This document shows positions 9,059-19,946 of a stretch of 64,000 bases of DNA, one piece after another. This DNA comes from Williopsis jadinii (lineage: Eukaryota): positions 1 through 64,000 of the forward strand of contig AP024664.1 of the NCBI GenBank assembly GCA_024346625.1, read 5' to 3'. The first letter of the stretch is position 1. Every line of letters starts with the position of its first letter. A program made the position numbers and the translations under genes. The notes under the pieces were generated by a model, which did no database searches, was not told the DNA's origin, and worked only from the letters and a program-made list of their open reading frames with translations.

Positions 9059-10195
9059 TCAGCGATTCCACTCTTCGAGTTCGTCCACATTCTCAACAGG
9101 TCTTTCGGCCATTGGTGTTATCCGGTAACAATGACGGATGGAACCTGAGTCCCAATCCATAGTCGCATCGTGCAACACACGTCTGTTATCCCAAATAGCA
9201 ACAGTTCCAGGTTCATAACTAGCTCTGATTTGCAGATCGTGTGAATTGTTGACATGGTCAAACAGGAGTTTCAGAATGGCGTCAGATTCCTCTTGCTTGA
9301 ACCCATCAATTCTTTCAATAAACCCTGGAACGAAAAGCGCCTTTTCCTTTGTAACAGGGTGCACACGAACCAATGGGTGCAAGACTGTTGAAGGTGGTCT
9401 TCTCTCGATTCCTCCATCACGTCTTGAAGCTTGTGCTTGTAACTCTGACGAATGAACCGCCTTCAATCCGGAAATGACCTTTTGGAAAGTTGGTGATAAC
9501 CTCTTGTACGCTTCAACAGTGTCGCTAAATATGGTATCGCCTCCAGTCTCGGGACCTTGAAGCATTGTAAAGAATGTCGTTCCAGGTGGATATCTCTCAT
9601 AGGTAACGTCGCTGTGCCATCCTTTCACCGTGAGTCGATCTTTGAAAGTGTTCTTGTACTCATTGGGATCCTTTCTACGGTAAACAATGTGGAACTGGGA
9701 ATAGCCCTCTGGAGCTCCGGAAGATGGATGTATATGTAAAGGTCCGAAGTAAGCACCGAATTGTCGGTTGAACTCAAGTCCCTTGTCTTTCAAATCCTGG
9801 TCTCTGAATATTACGACACCACGCTGTGCAACAAATAACGCCAAATCGTTCTTAGCAGCGTCATCTAACTCAGATAACTGGATACCTCGAACTTCACTCC
9901 CCAGTTTTGGACTCAATTTCTTCACTTTCACCTCGTCTGCTTTCTCCAGTGGGAATAAGTTTCTCAATTGCGAGTCGGCCAAATGACCACGATCAATGAA
10001 GGCCCTATTCAAGTCTTCAGGATAGGAGTCGTACTTCTCATTTGGGTCCCAAGTGGGAAGCCATTGTGGATAGTCCGCAGTCTTATACTCCTTCTCACTA
10101 ACTTTCTTCACTCCTGACTTTTCATCAACGCGGTCTTCGCCCTTTCTGAAATGTGTGGCACTTGGTGCTGTGTATACACTTATTCTACTGGCCAT
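9059..10195 (-). CDS. JLP1: Fe(II)/alpha-ketoglutarate-dependent sulfonate dioxygenase (TauD family)
   Basis: WHSDVTYE (HxD), GGDT, HPLVRVHPVT, WDNRRVLH, GPLHIHP; 378 aa. Confidence 0.9.
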   Translation of the reverse strand: MASRISVYTAPSATHFRKGEDRVDEKSGVKKVSEKEYKTADYPQWLPTWDPNEKYDSYPEDLNRAFIDRGHLADSQLRNLFPLEKADEVKVKKLSPKLGSEVRGIQLSELDDAAKNDLALFVAQRGVVIFRDQDLKDKGLEFNRQFGAYFGPLHIHPSSGAPEGYSQFHIVYRRKDPNEYKNTFKDRLTVKGWHSDVTYERYPPGTTFFTMLQGPETGGDTIFSDTVEAYKRLSPTFQKVISGLKAVHSSELQAQASRRDGGIERRPPSTVLHPLVRVHPVTKEKALFVPGFIERIDGFKQEESDAILKLLFDHVNNSHDLQIRASYEPGTVAIWDNRRVLHDATMDWDSGSIRHCYRITPMAERPVENVDELEEWNR

Positions 10196-10419
10196 ATAGC
10201 TTGTTTTCTCTTTATGTTTTTGACCTTGGATTTATAGTGCCCGGTAGTATTATTGGGAATAGGTACCATCTTTTATAAAAACATGGGTAAAGACCAAACT
10301 CGGAGTACCATGGCGATAGCACTATCAGCGTCTAATTCACACGGTGGTGAATCAGCGGCACTCATGTCGATTTGGGACATAACTCCTCTTATGGCGCAGT
10401 CCGTTCAACGACTTGTTCA

Positions 10420-11360
10420 ATTCTGTGCCACACCATATGCTTTAAACACAAGATACGCGCATGCACAATATACGCAATGCATTTCGTGATGATTCCAAGA
10501 GCCACAAATTTTTTGCGCCAAAATGCTGTTATCTGTCAGCCATAACGCCACTACATCTATGGCTAAGTACCGGTTAATCACTGTATAGCTACTCAAGTTT
10601 GGACTTTTGGAAGCCAATTGAACTAAGTGCAAGTGTTTATGTATGAGAGACAGTAGCTATAGAAAGCAGTAGCCCGACAGGCTATACCCAATGTAAGTAT
10701 TGTGAATCACAGAGAATCTCTCGAAACTGTGAAAAACACATCTGGAGAAGTGCTTGTGATGCCACAGCGGAGAGTATGGTTGATATCAAAGATATGAACA
10801 TTGAAAGGGGTGATAATGACGTTTATGGAATTGTGCTTTTAATCTAAGCAACATTAGCCACTATATGTCAAAAACGAATGTATATGTACCTGTCAAAAGA
10901 GGAAATAGGAACGGGAAATATAGGGCTGAGGAACGGTAAATTGAGCCTGCATAGTGCTGAGAACACGTTGATTATCCATTAAAACGTACCTTAACGGCTA
11001 GAAAAGTAATGAAATCTTTGATCAAAACATCAAAATGAGAATGAAAACACAACAAGAGACAAAGATGAAACCTGCATCACATCCCTCGAAAAGATCATTT
11101 ATGAGCTTATCCATCAAAGTCAGCTTCACTCCATAGACAACGAAAAAATAAGCTGATGTACATACCCACACGCCACACCAAGAATGTTTCTCCATATCTT
11201 TCTAATACGCTACAGTTCGATCTAACAATTGTGGTTTAACCTTGGTTGTCCAGATATCGTTGTAATCCTTGTAGCCAAACACTGTGACTAGTTACTTAAC
11301 ATGGCCACAAATGGATCTCCGATCCTTGAACTAATACAAAGGTTGATGAGCCACGATCTG
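10420..11360. promoter_or_regulatory. Divergent promoter with clustered Met31/Met32-type motifs
   Basis: AAACTGTG at 10724-10731; GCCACA (= TGTGGC) at 10427, 10501, 10761, 11172 and 11304, between two sulfur-starvation genes. Confidence 0.55.
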
Positions 11361-11436
11361 CGATATAAATTGAAGAACAGTTTCCCTATATCAAAATCAT
11401 GATCAAAAGACCAGATGGTATAGCCCATCTGAGAAT

Positions 11437-13080
11437 ATGGTAAACACTGTGAAGCCTACCATCTCAAACAACGACGATCTTGTAAAAGATCCTGTTGAAG
11501 AGAATACCTTCCACATCGACGAGGAGTCCCTGTCATCTAGCAGTGATTATCACATCTTCAAGGACCCAGAAAATGTCGAATACTACACAGGCATTTATGA
11601 AAGGGCAAAGTACGAGTGTCGTCACTTGTTCGACCCTGGATTTGTTTGGAGTGCTAAAGAAGAACGCAAAGTCATTTGGAAATGTGATTGGAGAGTTACC
11701 TTTTGGGCTTACATCATGTTCACCGCATTGGACTTTGATAGGGCTAACATAGCTCAGGCTCTAAGTGATAATTTGCTTGACGATTTGGGACTAACCACAA
11801 ATGACTACAACAACGCCAATACCATCAACTTGGTGTGTTTTCTAAGTGCAGAGCTGCCATCTCAGCTGATCTCTAAGAAAATCGGTGCTGATTTATGGAT
11901 TCCAACTCAACTGTGCCTGTGGAGTATAGTTTCCATATCTCAAGCTGCCATAACAAATAAAGCTGGGTTCTACGTCACCAGAGCCTTGATTGGGTTGTTC
12001 CAAGGAGGGTTTATCTGTGATACTTGTCTGTGGATGTCTTATTTTTACAAGACCTCTGAGATGCCAATGAGACTCTCGCTGTTCTACATTGCAAACCCTC
12101 TGACAAACATCATGAGTGCACTTTTAGGCTTTGCCCTCATAAGAATTAATACTGGTTTGCTTCCACATGGCTGGCAGTGGGTTTTCCTCCTGGAGGGTAT
12201 CTTTACTCTGCTTGTTGGCATCTTGAGCTATTTCATGATGCCTGCTTCTGCAGCGCAGACAAAGACATGGTACAGGAAGAATGGATGGTTTACTGACCGC
12301 GAGGAAAAGATCGTTGTCAATAGAGTGCTGAGAGATGACCCTACAAAGGGTGACATGAATAACAGACAACCTGTGAGTTTGAAAGAGTTGGTCTTGTCCC
12401 TAACCGATTTTGATCTTTTGCCTATCTACGCTGTAAGATTTCTTGGTGATTTGATGACCGCACCGGTATCCAGTTACCTCACTTTAACTCTTCGCCAGTT
12501 GGGATTCTCCAAGTTTGATACAAACTTGTTGACTATACCTGCAAATGTACTGTGTATCGTCACAATGATCATCACCGGTTGGCTCAGTGAAAGGCTACAA
12601 ACCCGTGCGTTGATTCTTGCATTTACAGCCACTTGGTGTGCAGCTTGTCTTATACCCTTGAGGTTCTGGCCAGGCACCCAGGTTGACGTTTGGCCAACAT
12701 ATGTTCTTCTCACAATCTTACTTGGACGAGCTCCCTTTTGGCCGCTCTCGATCTCATGGTGCTCTGCCAATTCCAACTCTGTGCGTGCCAGGGCTGTAAG
12801 TGCAGCCCTTGTCAACATGTTTTCACAGGCCGCGAGTGTTGTAGGGTCAAACGTGTACAGAGATGATGATAGACCGTTATACCATAGAGGAAACAGCTGG
12901 CTTGTTGGGGTTAGCATTGCAGCAGTTTTGATGTGCTTGGCTACAAGACAGTATTACATCTGGAGAAACCGCCAAAAGGCACGTAAGTGGGATCAACTGA
13001 CACCAGAGGAGCAACAGATATACCGCAATACTTCAAGAGACGTTGGTAACAGGAGACTTGATTTCCAATTTATTTATTAA
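11437..13080 (+). CDS. SOA1: MFS allantoate-permease-family sulfonate/inorganic sulfur transporter (Soa1/YIL166C-like)
   Basis: ELPSQLISKK.G, GWQWVFLLEG, VNRVLRDDPTKGDMNNRQ, GNRRLDF; ~12 TM segments; divergent from JLP1. Confidence 0.8.
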   Translation: MVNTVKPTISNNDDLVKDPVEENTFHIDEESLSSSSDYHIFKDPENVEYYTGIYERAKYECRHLFDPGFVWSAKEERKVIWKCDWRVTFWAYIMFTALDFDRANIAQALSDNLLDDLGLTTNDYNNANTINLVCFLSAELPSQLISKKIGADLWIPTQLCLWSIVSISQAAITNKAGFYVTRALIGLFQGGFICDTCLWMSYFYKTSEMPMRLSLFYIANPLTNIMSALLGFALIRINTGLLPHGWQWVFLLEGIFTLLVGILSYFMMPASAAQTKTWYRKNGWFTDREEKIVVNRVLRDDPTKGDMNNRQPVSLKELVLSLTDFDLLPIYAVRFLGDLMTAPVSSYLTLTLRQLGFSKFDTNLLTIPANVLCIVTMIITGWLSERLQTRALILAFTATWCAACLIPLRFWPGTQVDVWPTYVLLTILLGRAPFWPLSISWCSANSNSVRARAVSAALVNMFSQAASVVGSNVYRDDDRPLYHRGNSWLVGVSIAAVLMCLATRQYYIWRNRQKARKWDQLTPEEQQIYRNTSRDVGNRRLDFQFIY

Positions 13081-13173
13081 CATTAACTCATAGCATTGCT
13101 TTCTTTTCTTTCCGAGGTAAGATACTGTAACACTTCACTTAACTCTTATGTATATGTGCCTGTATACCTAACG

Positions 13174-14157
13174 TTACAACTGTCCCCCGATGTATTGCCC
13201 TGTGACAAAAGAGGCCAGCCATCCGAGGAATTGCGGGAAGTAGACGGCATCCAAAAGACCTGGACCTGGACAGACTCCTAGTAGACCCCATCCCAAACCG
13301 AAGATGGCGTTACCAATGACAAATTTCGTAGGGATCTCTGTCGAGTTTGCGCAGTGGAACTCATCCTCCAACAAAGGCTTGTCAATCTTCTTCCACACAA
13401 AGATGTTCGGCAGCACTGCAAACACCATAATCAGCATCAACGAAGGGTCGAAATGTTTGCCTGTTGGTAATGCGAGGAATCCAATGGTCTTTGTGACGTT
13501 CACCATACCTGAAATGTGTAATCCCAATCCAAACAAGAACCCTGAATAGATACCGTTAAATGCCTTTGCAATCTTCTTACCGGTTTCGGACTTGTTCAAT
13601 TTCTTCGACAACCATGGACCAATGAGATAAACTTGTGCAAACGACGAAGCAAGCAGTAAGTGGACCCATGAGGCGTGCAAAAGGTCCTTGTTCCATGCAA
13701 CAGCATAGTTAGCACTATCACCCAGGATTCCATACAAGCCACCAAAGTACACCGAAGCCATCGCAACAGATGCAAAGGTGGCCGTTGCAACCAGCGATCT
13801 AAATCTCAGTCTGGACAGACCTGCAATCATATGGCCTGAAGTACATCCACTCCCCAGCTTGGTTCCCAGCCCAACGAGCAGGCCCGCAAGGCATAGCAGC
13901 TGAGTCTGCGAGAAGATACCCTTTGTCACAAGCACAGACTCTGGGAACTGTGGAACAAACTGTGGCAGCCATTTCTTTACAATCAGCGCAGAAGAAACTA
14001 ACCCGGTCACAATCTCCAGGCCTGGTATCGATCTCCTGGTGATTGCCGAACAAATTGCTGATGAAAAGCCAATTGTCCCACCAAGTTGCCAGTAGTAGTT
14101 AGTAGTGGCCAGCTGGATGAGAACCGCACCAATTGTCGTCTCAACAGGGGTAAACAT
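13174..14157 (-). CDS. YeeE/YedE (TsuA, UPF0394) family sulfur/thiosulfate transport membrane protein
   Basis: Family motifs GTKLGSGCTSGH and FGLGWGLLGVCPGP, N-terminal MFTP, multiple TM segments. Confidence 0.87.
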   Translation of the reverse strand: MFTPVETTIGAVLIQLATTNYYWQLGGTIGFSSAICSAITRRSIPGLEIVTGLVSSALIVKKWLPQFVPQFPESVLVTKGIFSQTQLLCLAGLLVGLGTKLGSGCTSGHMIAGLSRLRFRSLVATATFASVAMASVYFGGLYGILGDSANYAVAWNKDLLHASWVHLLLASSFAQVYLIGPWLSKKLNKSETGKKIAKAFNGIYSGFLFGLGLHISGMVNVTKTIGFLALPTGKHFDPSLMLIMVFAVLPNIFVWKKIDKPLLEDEFHCANSTEIPTKFVIGNAIFGLGWGLLGVCPGPGLLDAVYFPQFLGWLASFVTGQYIGGQL

Positions 14158-14424
14158 CGTTAATCTTTATGAAGATGATCAATTCGATTAGTAAAGTATC
14201 AGAGTAAGAAGAGAGAAAAAAAACTTAAGGGTCTTTATATATACGGCGAGGTACTAATTCTGCTACAACAGCCTGTAGAGAGCCCGAGAAACCGAACCCC
14301 GATCCTCTCTGGGGTTCTGAGGCATGTTTTTCTTAACGCGCGGATATAACATCGCATAATTCGGGTTTCCATTATATAATATAATATTATATAATATAAT
14401 CTTTTAGAGAGTAAGATGGGATGT

Positions 14425-15204
14425 CTATTTACTGTGGAGGTTGTCCAAGTTCCTTATGTACTCGGCTGCTGCACTTAACGACACCAAGTAGTACTGCGTC
14501 TCGCTTGTCTTTATGAAGGAGAACCGTTCAAGGTAGTGTAAATCTGAGTAGAGATGCTTGACCTTGGCTTTCCAAGTCGTATACACCAGCAGTGGCAGGA
14601 ACTCATCGGCGTTTTGGTGTTGCTCGCTGCTCTTTATCAGTTGGAAGAGAAGCTTACATGCATTTAAGAGACAGATGATCTTGGCCCTTGGTGCCTTAAA
14701 CTGGTTCATCTTGTTCAACTCGCCAGCTGCCATGTCGATGAACTGGTGTCCTTGTGATGCAAGCGTTTCGTCAACATCGAGATCCTTCGCTGTCAGATCT
14801 GGATACTTGGCATAGTTATCCTGTAAGATCTTATCGAGTCGTAGATCCTCCATATGGCTCTCGTCTAATTTGGCCTTTGGAATGGCAGGTGAATACGTCA
14901 ATTCGAACAGCTTGGTCATTACAAGCTTCTCGACGCCCGCTTTGGCATTCTCAAAGCCCACCTCATCCATGGTGCTGAAAGGTTCATACTCTGCCATCCG
15001 AGCAAATATAAACTCCTCAAAGTCGTCAAAGATCTTGACCTGCTCATCTACGGTGAAAGGTCTTTGGGTAAAGTTCTTCAAAAATGACTTGATGTACCGA
15101 AGTACAGGATCCGCTTTCTTGCTTCGAAGTTGTTGCAGGAACAACTGAAAATCAAACTTGGATGCCCTTGTTCTTGTACTTTCCTCGCTGTCTCTCTCTT
15201 CCAT
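14425..15204 (-). CDS. VPS9: Vps9-domain Rab5 guanine nucleotide exchange factor (compact form)
   Basis: FDFQLFLQQL, FKAPRAKIICLLN, NADEFLPLL; occupies the syntenic position next to YML096W and RAD10. Confidence 0.82.
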   Translation of the reverse strand: MEERDSEESTRTRASKFDFQLFLQQLRSKKADPVLRYIKSFLKNFTQRPFTVDEQVKIFDDFEEFIFARMAEYEPFSTMDEVGFENAKAGVEKLVMTKLFELTYSPAIPKAKLDESHMEDLRLDKILQDNYAKYPDLTAKDLDVDETLASQGHQFIDMAAGELNKMNQFKAPRAKIICLLNACKLLFQLIKSSEQHQNADEFLPLLVYTTWKAKVKHLYSDLHYLERFSFIKTSETQYYLVSLSAAAEYIRNLDNLHSK

Positions 15205-15393
15205 GCTTCGTCGTTGTTGATCCTTTCTTGTTGGTCCTTTCTTGTTGATTCGTTTATCGGGTAGAACTGAAGATGCTCCGATGTCTCCTTTCTGCTTTAA
15301 TTCCGTTCGTTTTTATCGGAATTAATTTTTTTTCCCACTCGAAAACCATCATCTCATCGCATCTCATAATCTTGTGAGCCTTTTTCCCTCTCA

Positions 15394-16911
15394 ATGTGCG
15401 GTATCTTACTACAGTTCCAAGTCAATACCAAAGTTCCAGACCAGTCTTATTCATTTAAATCTACAGATGAATTTCAAACGGGCTCTTTCTCTCCAATATT
15501 TGATCAATTAGTCCCCAAGATCTTCAACAGAGGCCCAGACAGCTCAAATGTGCTAGTCACAGATAATATCTGTTTTTACTCATCAGTTCTATCTCTGAGA
15601 TCACCGTTCACACCTCAGCCTATCCATGATGATCGGTTTGTTATCCAGTTTAATGGTGAGCTTTATAATGAACAGATCGGGGGAAATGATACTCGGTACA
15701 TAAGGCAGTTATTATCGAGCAACACGGTGGAAGACACTATACATCTATTAGATGGTGAGTTTGCATTCACCGTATACGACAAGCACAGTGGTTGTGTATA
15801 TTTTGGAAGGGACCCGATCGGTAAGAGAAGTCTTGTCTACAAAGTGGATGAAGAAGGGTTAACCATATCCAGTGTGAATCCCTTAGCTGAAAGGGATCAG
15901 TTTAAAGATTGTTTGAACGGTGCCATCTACAAATACCAATTGCATACAAACACTCTGGAGATTGACCCTAGTATCATGACTGTTGTCATCAATGACAAAA
16001 CAGATCACAACATGGCTCATCTTGAACAGCGATTGGATTCTCTATCACATGTATTGACCAAATCAGTGGAACAACGTATTAGAACGATTCAACCTTTACA
16101 CATAGTGGATGATCACGATGCACTCTTTTCGATCTTGTTCTCTGGTGGATTGGACTGTACCGTTATTGCAGCTCTCTGTGCACAGTTGTCAGCGGATTCA
16201 ACAACTATAGACTTACTTAACGTGGCATTCGATAACCCAAGAACGGGGTTGCTTGCGAAAGATGCCCCTGATAGACAACTGGCAATCAACAGTTGGAAAT
16301 GTTTGCAGTTAAAATTTCCCAATATCTCTTTCAATCTCATAACCATCGATGTGCCCTTTGAAGTTTATTCATCCCTAAGACCCAGAGTCATTGAACTTAT
16401 GTACCCAAAAAACACAGAGATGGACTTGTCAATTGCTATTGCCTTTTATTTTGCATCGAGGGGTCAAGGTCAGAGATTGCGACTCGAGAATGGAACGATA
16501 GTTAACCATGGTGATCACCAGTCTCGTGCGAAGGTGTTGTTGAGTGGACTTGGAGCAGATGAACTCTACGGTGGTTATCATAAATTTGCAAATAAGGACT
16601 TGGAAAGGTTAGTTCCAGAACTACAGAGGCAGATAAACAACATCCATGAGAGAAATTTACAGAGGGATGATAAAGTCATCGCAGATAACGGAGTTGAAGT
16701 TAGATATCCATTTCTGAGTGAACAGGTCATTGCATTCAGTACAAACGGTATAGAGATCAACTATAAGGTATCGAAATTCATCTTGAGACAGTTAGCACTG
16801 AGGCTAGGGTTAGAATTTGTGAGTGAAGAACCCAAGAGAGCAATCCAGTTCGGTGCAAAGAGTGCTAAAATTACAAAAGATAGTAAGAAGAAAGGCACTG
16901 ACGTTTTGTAG
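15394..16911 (+). CDS. Asparagine synthetase domain-containing protein (YML096W/ASNSD1)
   Basis: MCGI N-terminus, RGPD, FNGELY, LFSGGLDC, SGLGADELYGGY, KRAIQFG; PAC-like CTCATC motifs at ~15350-15367. Confidence 0.9.
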   Translation: MCGILLQFQVNTKVPDQSYSFKSTDEFQTGSFSPIFDQLVPKIFNRGPDSSNVLVTDNICFYSSVLSLRSPFTPQPIHDDRFVIQFNGELYNEQIGGNDTRYIRQLLSSNTVEDTIHLLDGEFAFTVYDKHSGCVYFGRDPIGKRSLVYKVDEEGLTISSVNPLAERDQFKDCLNGAIYKYQLHTNTLEIDPSIMTVVINDKTDHNMAHLEQRLDSLSHVLTKSVEQRIRTIQPLHIVDDHDALFSILFSGGLDCTVIAALCAQLSADSTTIDLLNVAFDNPRTGLLAKDAPDRQLAINSWKCLQLKFPNISFNLITIDVPFEVYSSLRPRVIELMYPKNTEMDLSIAIAFYFASRGQGQRLRLENGTIVNHGDHQSRAKVLLSGLGADELYGGYHKFANKDLERLVPELQRQINNIHERNLQRDDKVIADNGVEVRYPFLSEQVIAFSTNGIEINYKVSKFILRQLALRLGLEFVSEEPKRAIQFGAKSAKITKDSKKKGTDVL

Positions 16912-17104
16912 TAATAATTATATAATTGGGAAATTATAATATAATATTATGTAAGATTTCATACCCCGAGAGGCCTATGATGGAGGTGTACGCCAACACC
17001 ATTTTAAACAAGTTTCAAGTTCTTTCTGACAAAAGAACCCTTGGATTGAACACTCAGGTTTTCAACTCGAGCTGTTAATTCAATCGAAGCCAGTGATTTT
17101 ACCA

Positions 17105-18655
17105 ATGACACTCCCATCACAAGAACTCGGCACAAGTATCCCAATAACTTCAAAGCATGCGATAAGCGTAACATTACCAACATGGCAATTGGTACTTGAT
17201 TTCTTAGAACGTGATGAATCAGTTCTTCAGAAGATGCCCATGGGCTATCCACGTTTCCAGATCCACCCAAGCATTAAGAAGCTGTGTGCCTACCTTGAAG
17301 GTCTGTATGCGAAGGAAGGTGAAGTGGCATTTGTCTTTCCAACTTATAACGTTGCAAAGCGTTGCTGTGATTTCGTTGTTGAAAAGAGTGAGATCATTCC
17401 AAACGTGAGGGTCTTGCAATTGGCTGCAGTCTCACCAAAGGGTGAATGTGAAATGGATGTTGTTTTCCTTCCAGAATCGGAATTTGCACTGGCAAAAACA
17501 TATTGGGAGTATTCAGGTCAAGGAATCTCTTCTAGATTTGCAGAGTATGTTTTATACCATTGCGAGATCAAACAAAGAGCATTGGGGAGTTCCAATACTC
17601 TCAAGTTAAGCAATGCAAAAGATCTCGTGAGATCACGCATTGCCGATATCTTAAACGACAATGGGTCAAAGTCAGAACACACCGATAAAGATGACATTTA
17701 TCTATACCCAAGTGGAATGTCCACCATATTCAACATTCATAGGTGTATGTTGGACACTTTGCCTAATGCTAAGTCTGTTTGTTTTGGATTCCCATTCGTT
17801 GATACGTTGGGCATCCTCAAAGATGTCGGTCCAGGTGTTCATTTCTATGGGTTTGGTGACGATGAATCACTTGACTCACTAGAGGATAGGTTGGCAAACG
17901 GTGAACGGATTCTCGGTTTGTTCTGTGAATGTCCTTCAAATCCATTATTGAAAACTCCAAACCTACAAAGACTTCATGAATTGTCTATTCGTTATAGATT
18001 CCCAGTAGTAGTGGATGACACAATAAGTGGGTTCTATAACGTTGACGTGAGACCATATGCAGATGTAATTGTTTCTTCTCTAACGAAGTTCTTCTCTGGC
18101 GAAGCAGATTTGATGGCTGGGTCCTTGATCTTGAACAAAGAGTCCAGTTTTTATAACACCTTCAAGAAGTATTTCAATCAAAGCTTTGAAGACACATTCT
18201 GGGAAGAGGATGCCATTCAACTGGAGATTAACTCTCGTGATTTTGTCTCTAGGTGTCAATTGGCTAATACAAACACTGAAGCTGTTCTCTCTCTGTTCAA
18301 GGCATGCCCAATCATCAGCAAAGTGTTCCATCCAAGTGTTGACAAGTCCAAAGTGTATTTCGATTCAGTCAAGACTAAACACGGTAGTTACGGTATGTTG
18401 ATATCAATTGTATTTGAAAAAGAGGAACAATCAGCTGCGTTCTACGACGCTCTTGACTTGCACAAGGGACCATCTCTCGGCACAAACTTCACACTAGTGA
18501 TACCATTTGTCCTATTGGCCCACTATAAAGAGTTGGATGATGTCAAGCAATGGGGAGTTGATAGAAACCTCATAAGATTGAGCATCGGGTTGGAAAATAA
18601 GGAGCTTCTTCTCAAATCATTCCAAAAGGCATTGGACTGTGCAATGCGCGTATAA
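17105..18655 (+). CDS. Cystathionine gamma-synthase family PLP enzyme (Str2/YML082W/Hsu1-like)
   Basis: HAISVTLPTW, GYPRF, YPSGM, ECPSNPLL, SLTK (PLP lysine), KGPSLGTNFTL; first ATG at 17105. Confidence 0.88.
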   Translation: MTLPSQELGTSIPITSKHAISVTLPTWQLVLDFLERDESVLQKMPMGYPRFQIHPSIKKLCAYLEGLYAKEGEVAFVFPTYNVAKRCCDFVVEKSEIIPNVRVLQLAAVSPKGECEMDVVFLPESEFALAKTYWEYSGQGISSRFAEYVLYHCEIKQRALGSSNTLKLSNAKDLVRSRIADILNDNGSKSEHTDKDDIYLYPSGMSTIFNIHRCMLDTLPNAKSVCFGFPFVDTLGILKDVGPGVHFYGFGDDESLDSLEDRLANGERILGLFCECPSNPLLKTPNLQRLHELSIRYRFPVVVDDTISGFYNVDVRPYADVIVSSLTKFFSGEADLMAGSLILNKESSFYNTFKKYFNQSFEDTFWEEDAIQLEINSRDFVSRCQLANTNTEAVLSLFKACPIISKVFHPSVDKSKVYFDSVKTKHGSYGMLISIVFEKEEQSAAFYDALDLHKGPSLGTNFTLVIPFVLLAHYKELDDVKQWGVDRNLIRLSIGLENKELLLKSFQKALDCAMRV

Positions 18656-18660
18656 ATGTA

Positions 18661-19257
18661 TCATGTTTTCATAGCACTTTTCGTAGAAGTTGCCAGGTAC
18701 GTCAAGTATTTAGCAGCCTGTTCATACGTGAATGCCAGAAGCAGTGTAAAATCGCTATAAAGGCATAGCTTGTTGATCTCTCTCAACAGAGAATCGCTGT
18801 TTTCAACATCAACCACACATAGCAATATAGCATTCTTCTTCATGAGTGGCTTCATTCTGTTCTGGATATATTCTGGATGTAGCTTGTGGTACTTCAACGA
18901 TAAGAATATAACATCTCTTCCATTCACAAGGAAGTCGTAAACGTTACGCTGTTCGACAAAGATATAGTTAACATTTGTCAACGAGCTCATCAAAGGGTTC
19001 TGCTTCTGCCTCGAGTTGACGTTGAGTGATGAAGGCTTTGGCACTCTGGGCCCTTGTGACCGAGACTTGTCCTGGTTGAAGGCATTGATCCTCTTCTGCC
19101 CAATATGTGGTGATGGCTGTCTCTGCACTGGTTGTGGAGATTGCTGTTGCCTTTGTACTTGTTTATTCTCCGGCTCCCTCGCCACTTCGCCATTCTCCCT
19201 GAGTCTCTGAACACCAGCTAGAATACTCGCAAAGGACGTAGAATCCTGATTATCCAT
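18661..19257 (-). CDS. RAD10: Rad10/ERCC1 nucleotide excision repair endonuclease subunit
   Basis: TSFASILAGV, QKQNPL, FLSLKYHKLHPEYI; syntenic with GIM5. Start taken as MDNQD (19257); an upstream ATG exists at 19329. Confidence 0.9.
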   Translation of the reverse strand: MDNQDSTSFASILAGVQRLRENGEVAREPENKQVQRQQQSPQPVQRQPSPHIGQKRINAFNQDKSRSQGPRVPKPSSLNVNSRQKQNPLMSSLTNVNYIFVEQRNVYDFLVNGRDVIFLSLKYHKLHPEYIQNRMKPLMKKNAILLCVVDVENSDSLLREINKLCLYSDFTLLLAFTYEQAAKYLTYLATSTKSAMKT

Positions 19258-19404
19258 ATCGATGATGATTCTTAACGTCCCGTTACCCTGTGTTGTTTTC
19301 ACGATGATGTGTGGTGTGTGTATGGTCAAATTGGTGAAAAATCCAGCGTTTCCTTTTCTTCAACACACTTTCAGCAAAACGCCAATTACTAATCACCACA
19401 AGCA

Positions 19405-19946
19405 ATGTCAGGAAAGACCAGTAAGTGTGCTCTTAGTGTATGTGTGGCTATGTTACCTCAAAGATACTAACGATACCAGTTGATATAACCAAACTCGAGC
19501 CAGAACAACTGATCCAACTCAGAAAGCAATTTGAAGATGAGATGGAACACTTTTCCACTTCTTTAAGTGCTTTGAACATGGCCCTGGGGAAATACAAGGA
19601 GTGTATCAACAACGTGAAGCAGGTATCTACAGAGGGCAATGAAGGGAAAGAATTACTGGTGCCATTATCAGGATCGCTGTACGTTCCAGGCAAAGTGAAG
19701 GATAACAACAAGTTCCTCGTTGATGTTGGTACCGGCTATTACATCGAAAAGTCCAGTGAGGATGCAATCAAGTTCTTCGAGGGCAAGGTAACACAGCTGA
19801 ACAAGGACTCTACAAAGGTTACAGAGATCATCACCGAGAAATCACGAACCATCCAAAGGCTCGATCAAGTGCTTAGAGAGAAAGTCCATCAACGAGAAAT
19901 GCAAGCTGCTAAATCTACCGCTAACCCACCGATTGAAACCAAATAA
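19405..19946 (+). CDS. GIM5: Prefoldin subunit 5; exons 19405-19420 and 19480-19946
   Basis: A 59-nt intron GTAAGT..TACTAAC..CAG gives MSGKTIDITKLEPEQL; LVPLSGSLYVPG, VDVGTGYY. Confidence 0.93.
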
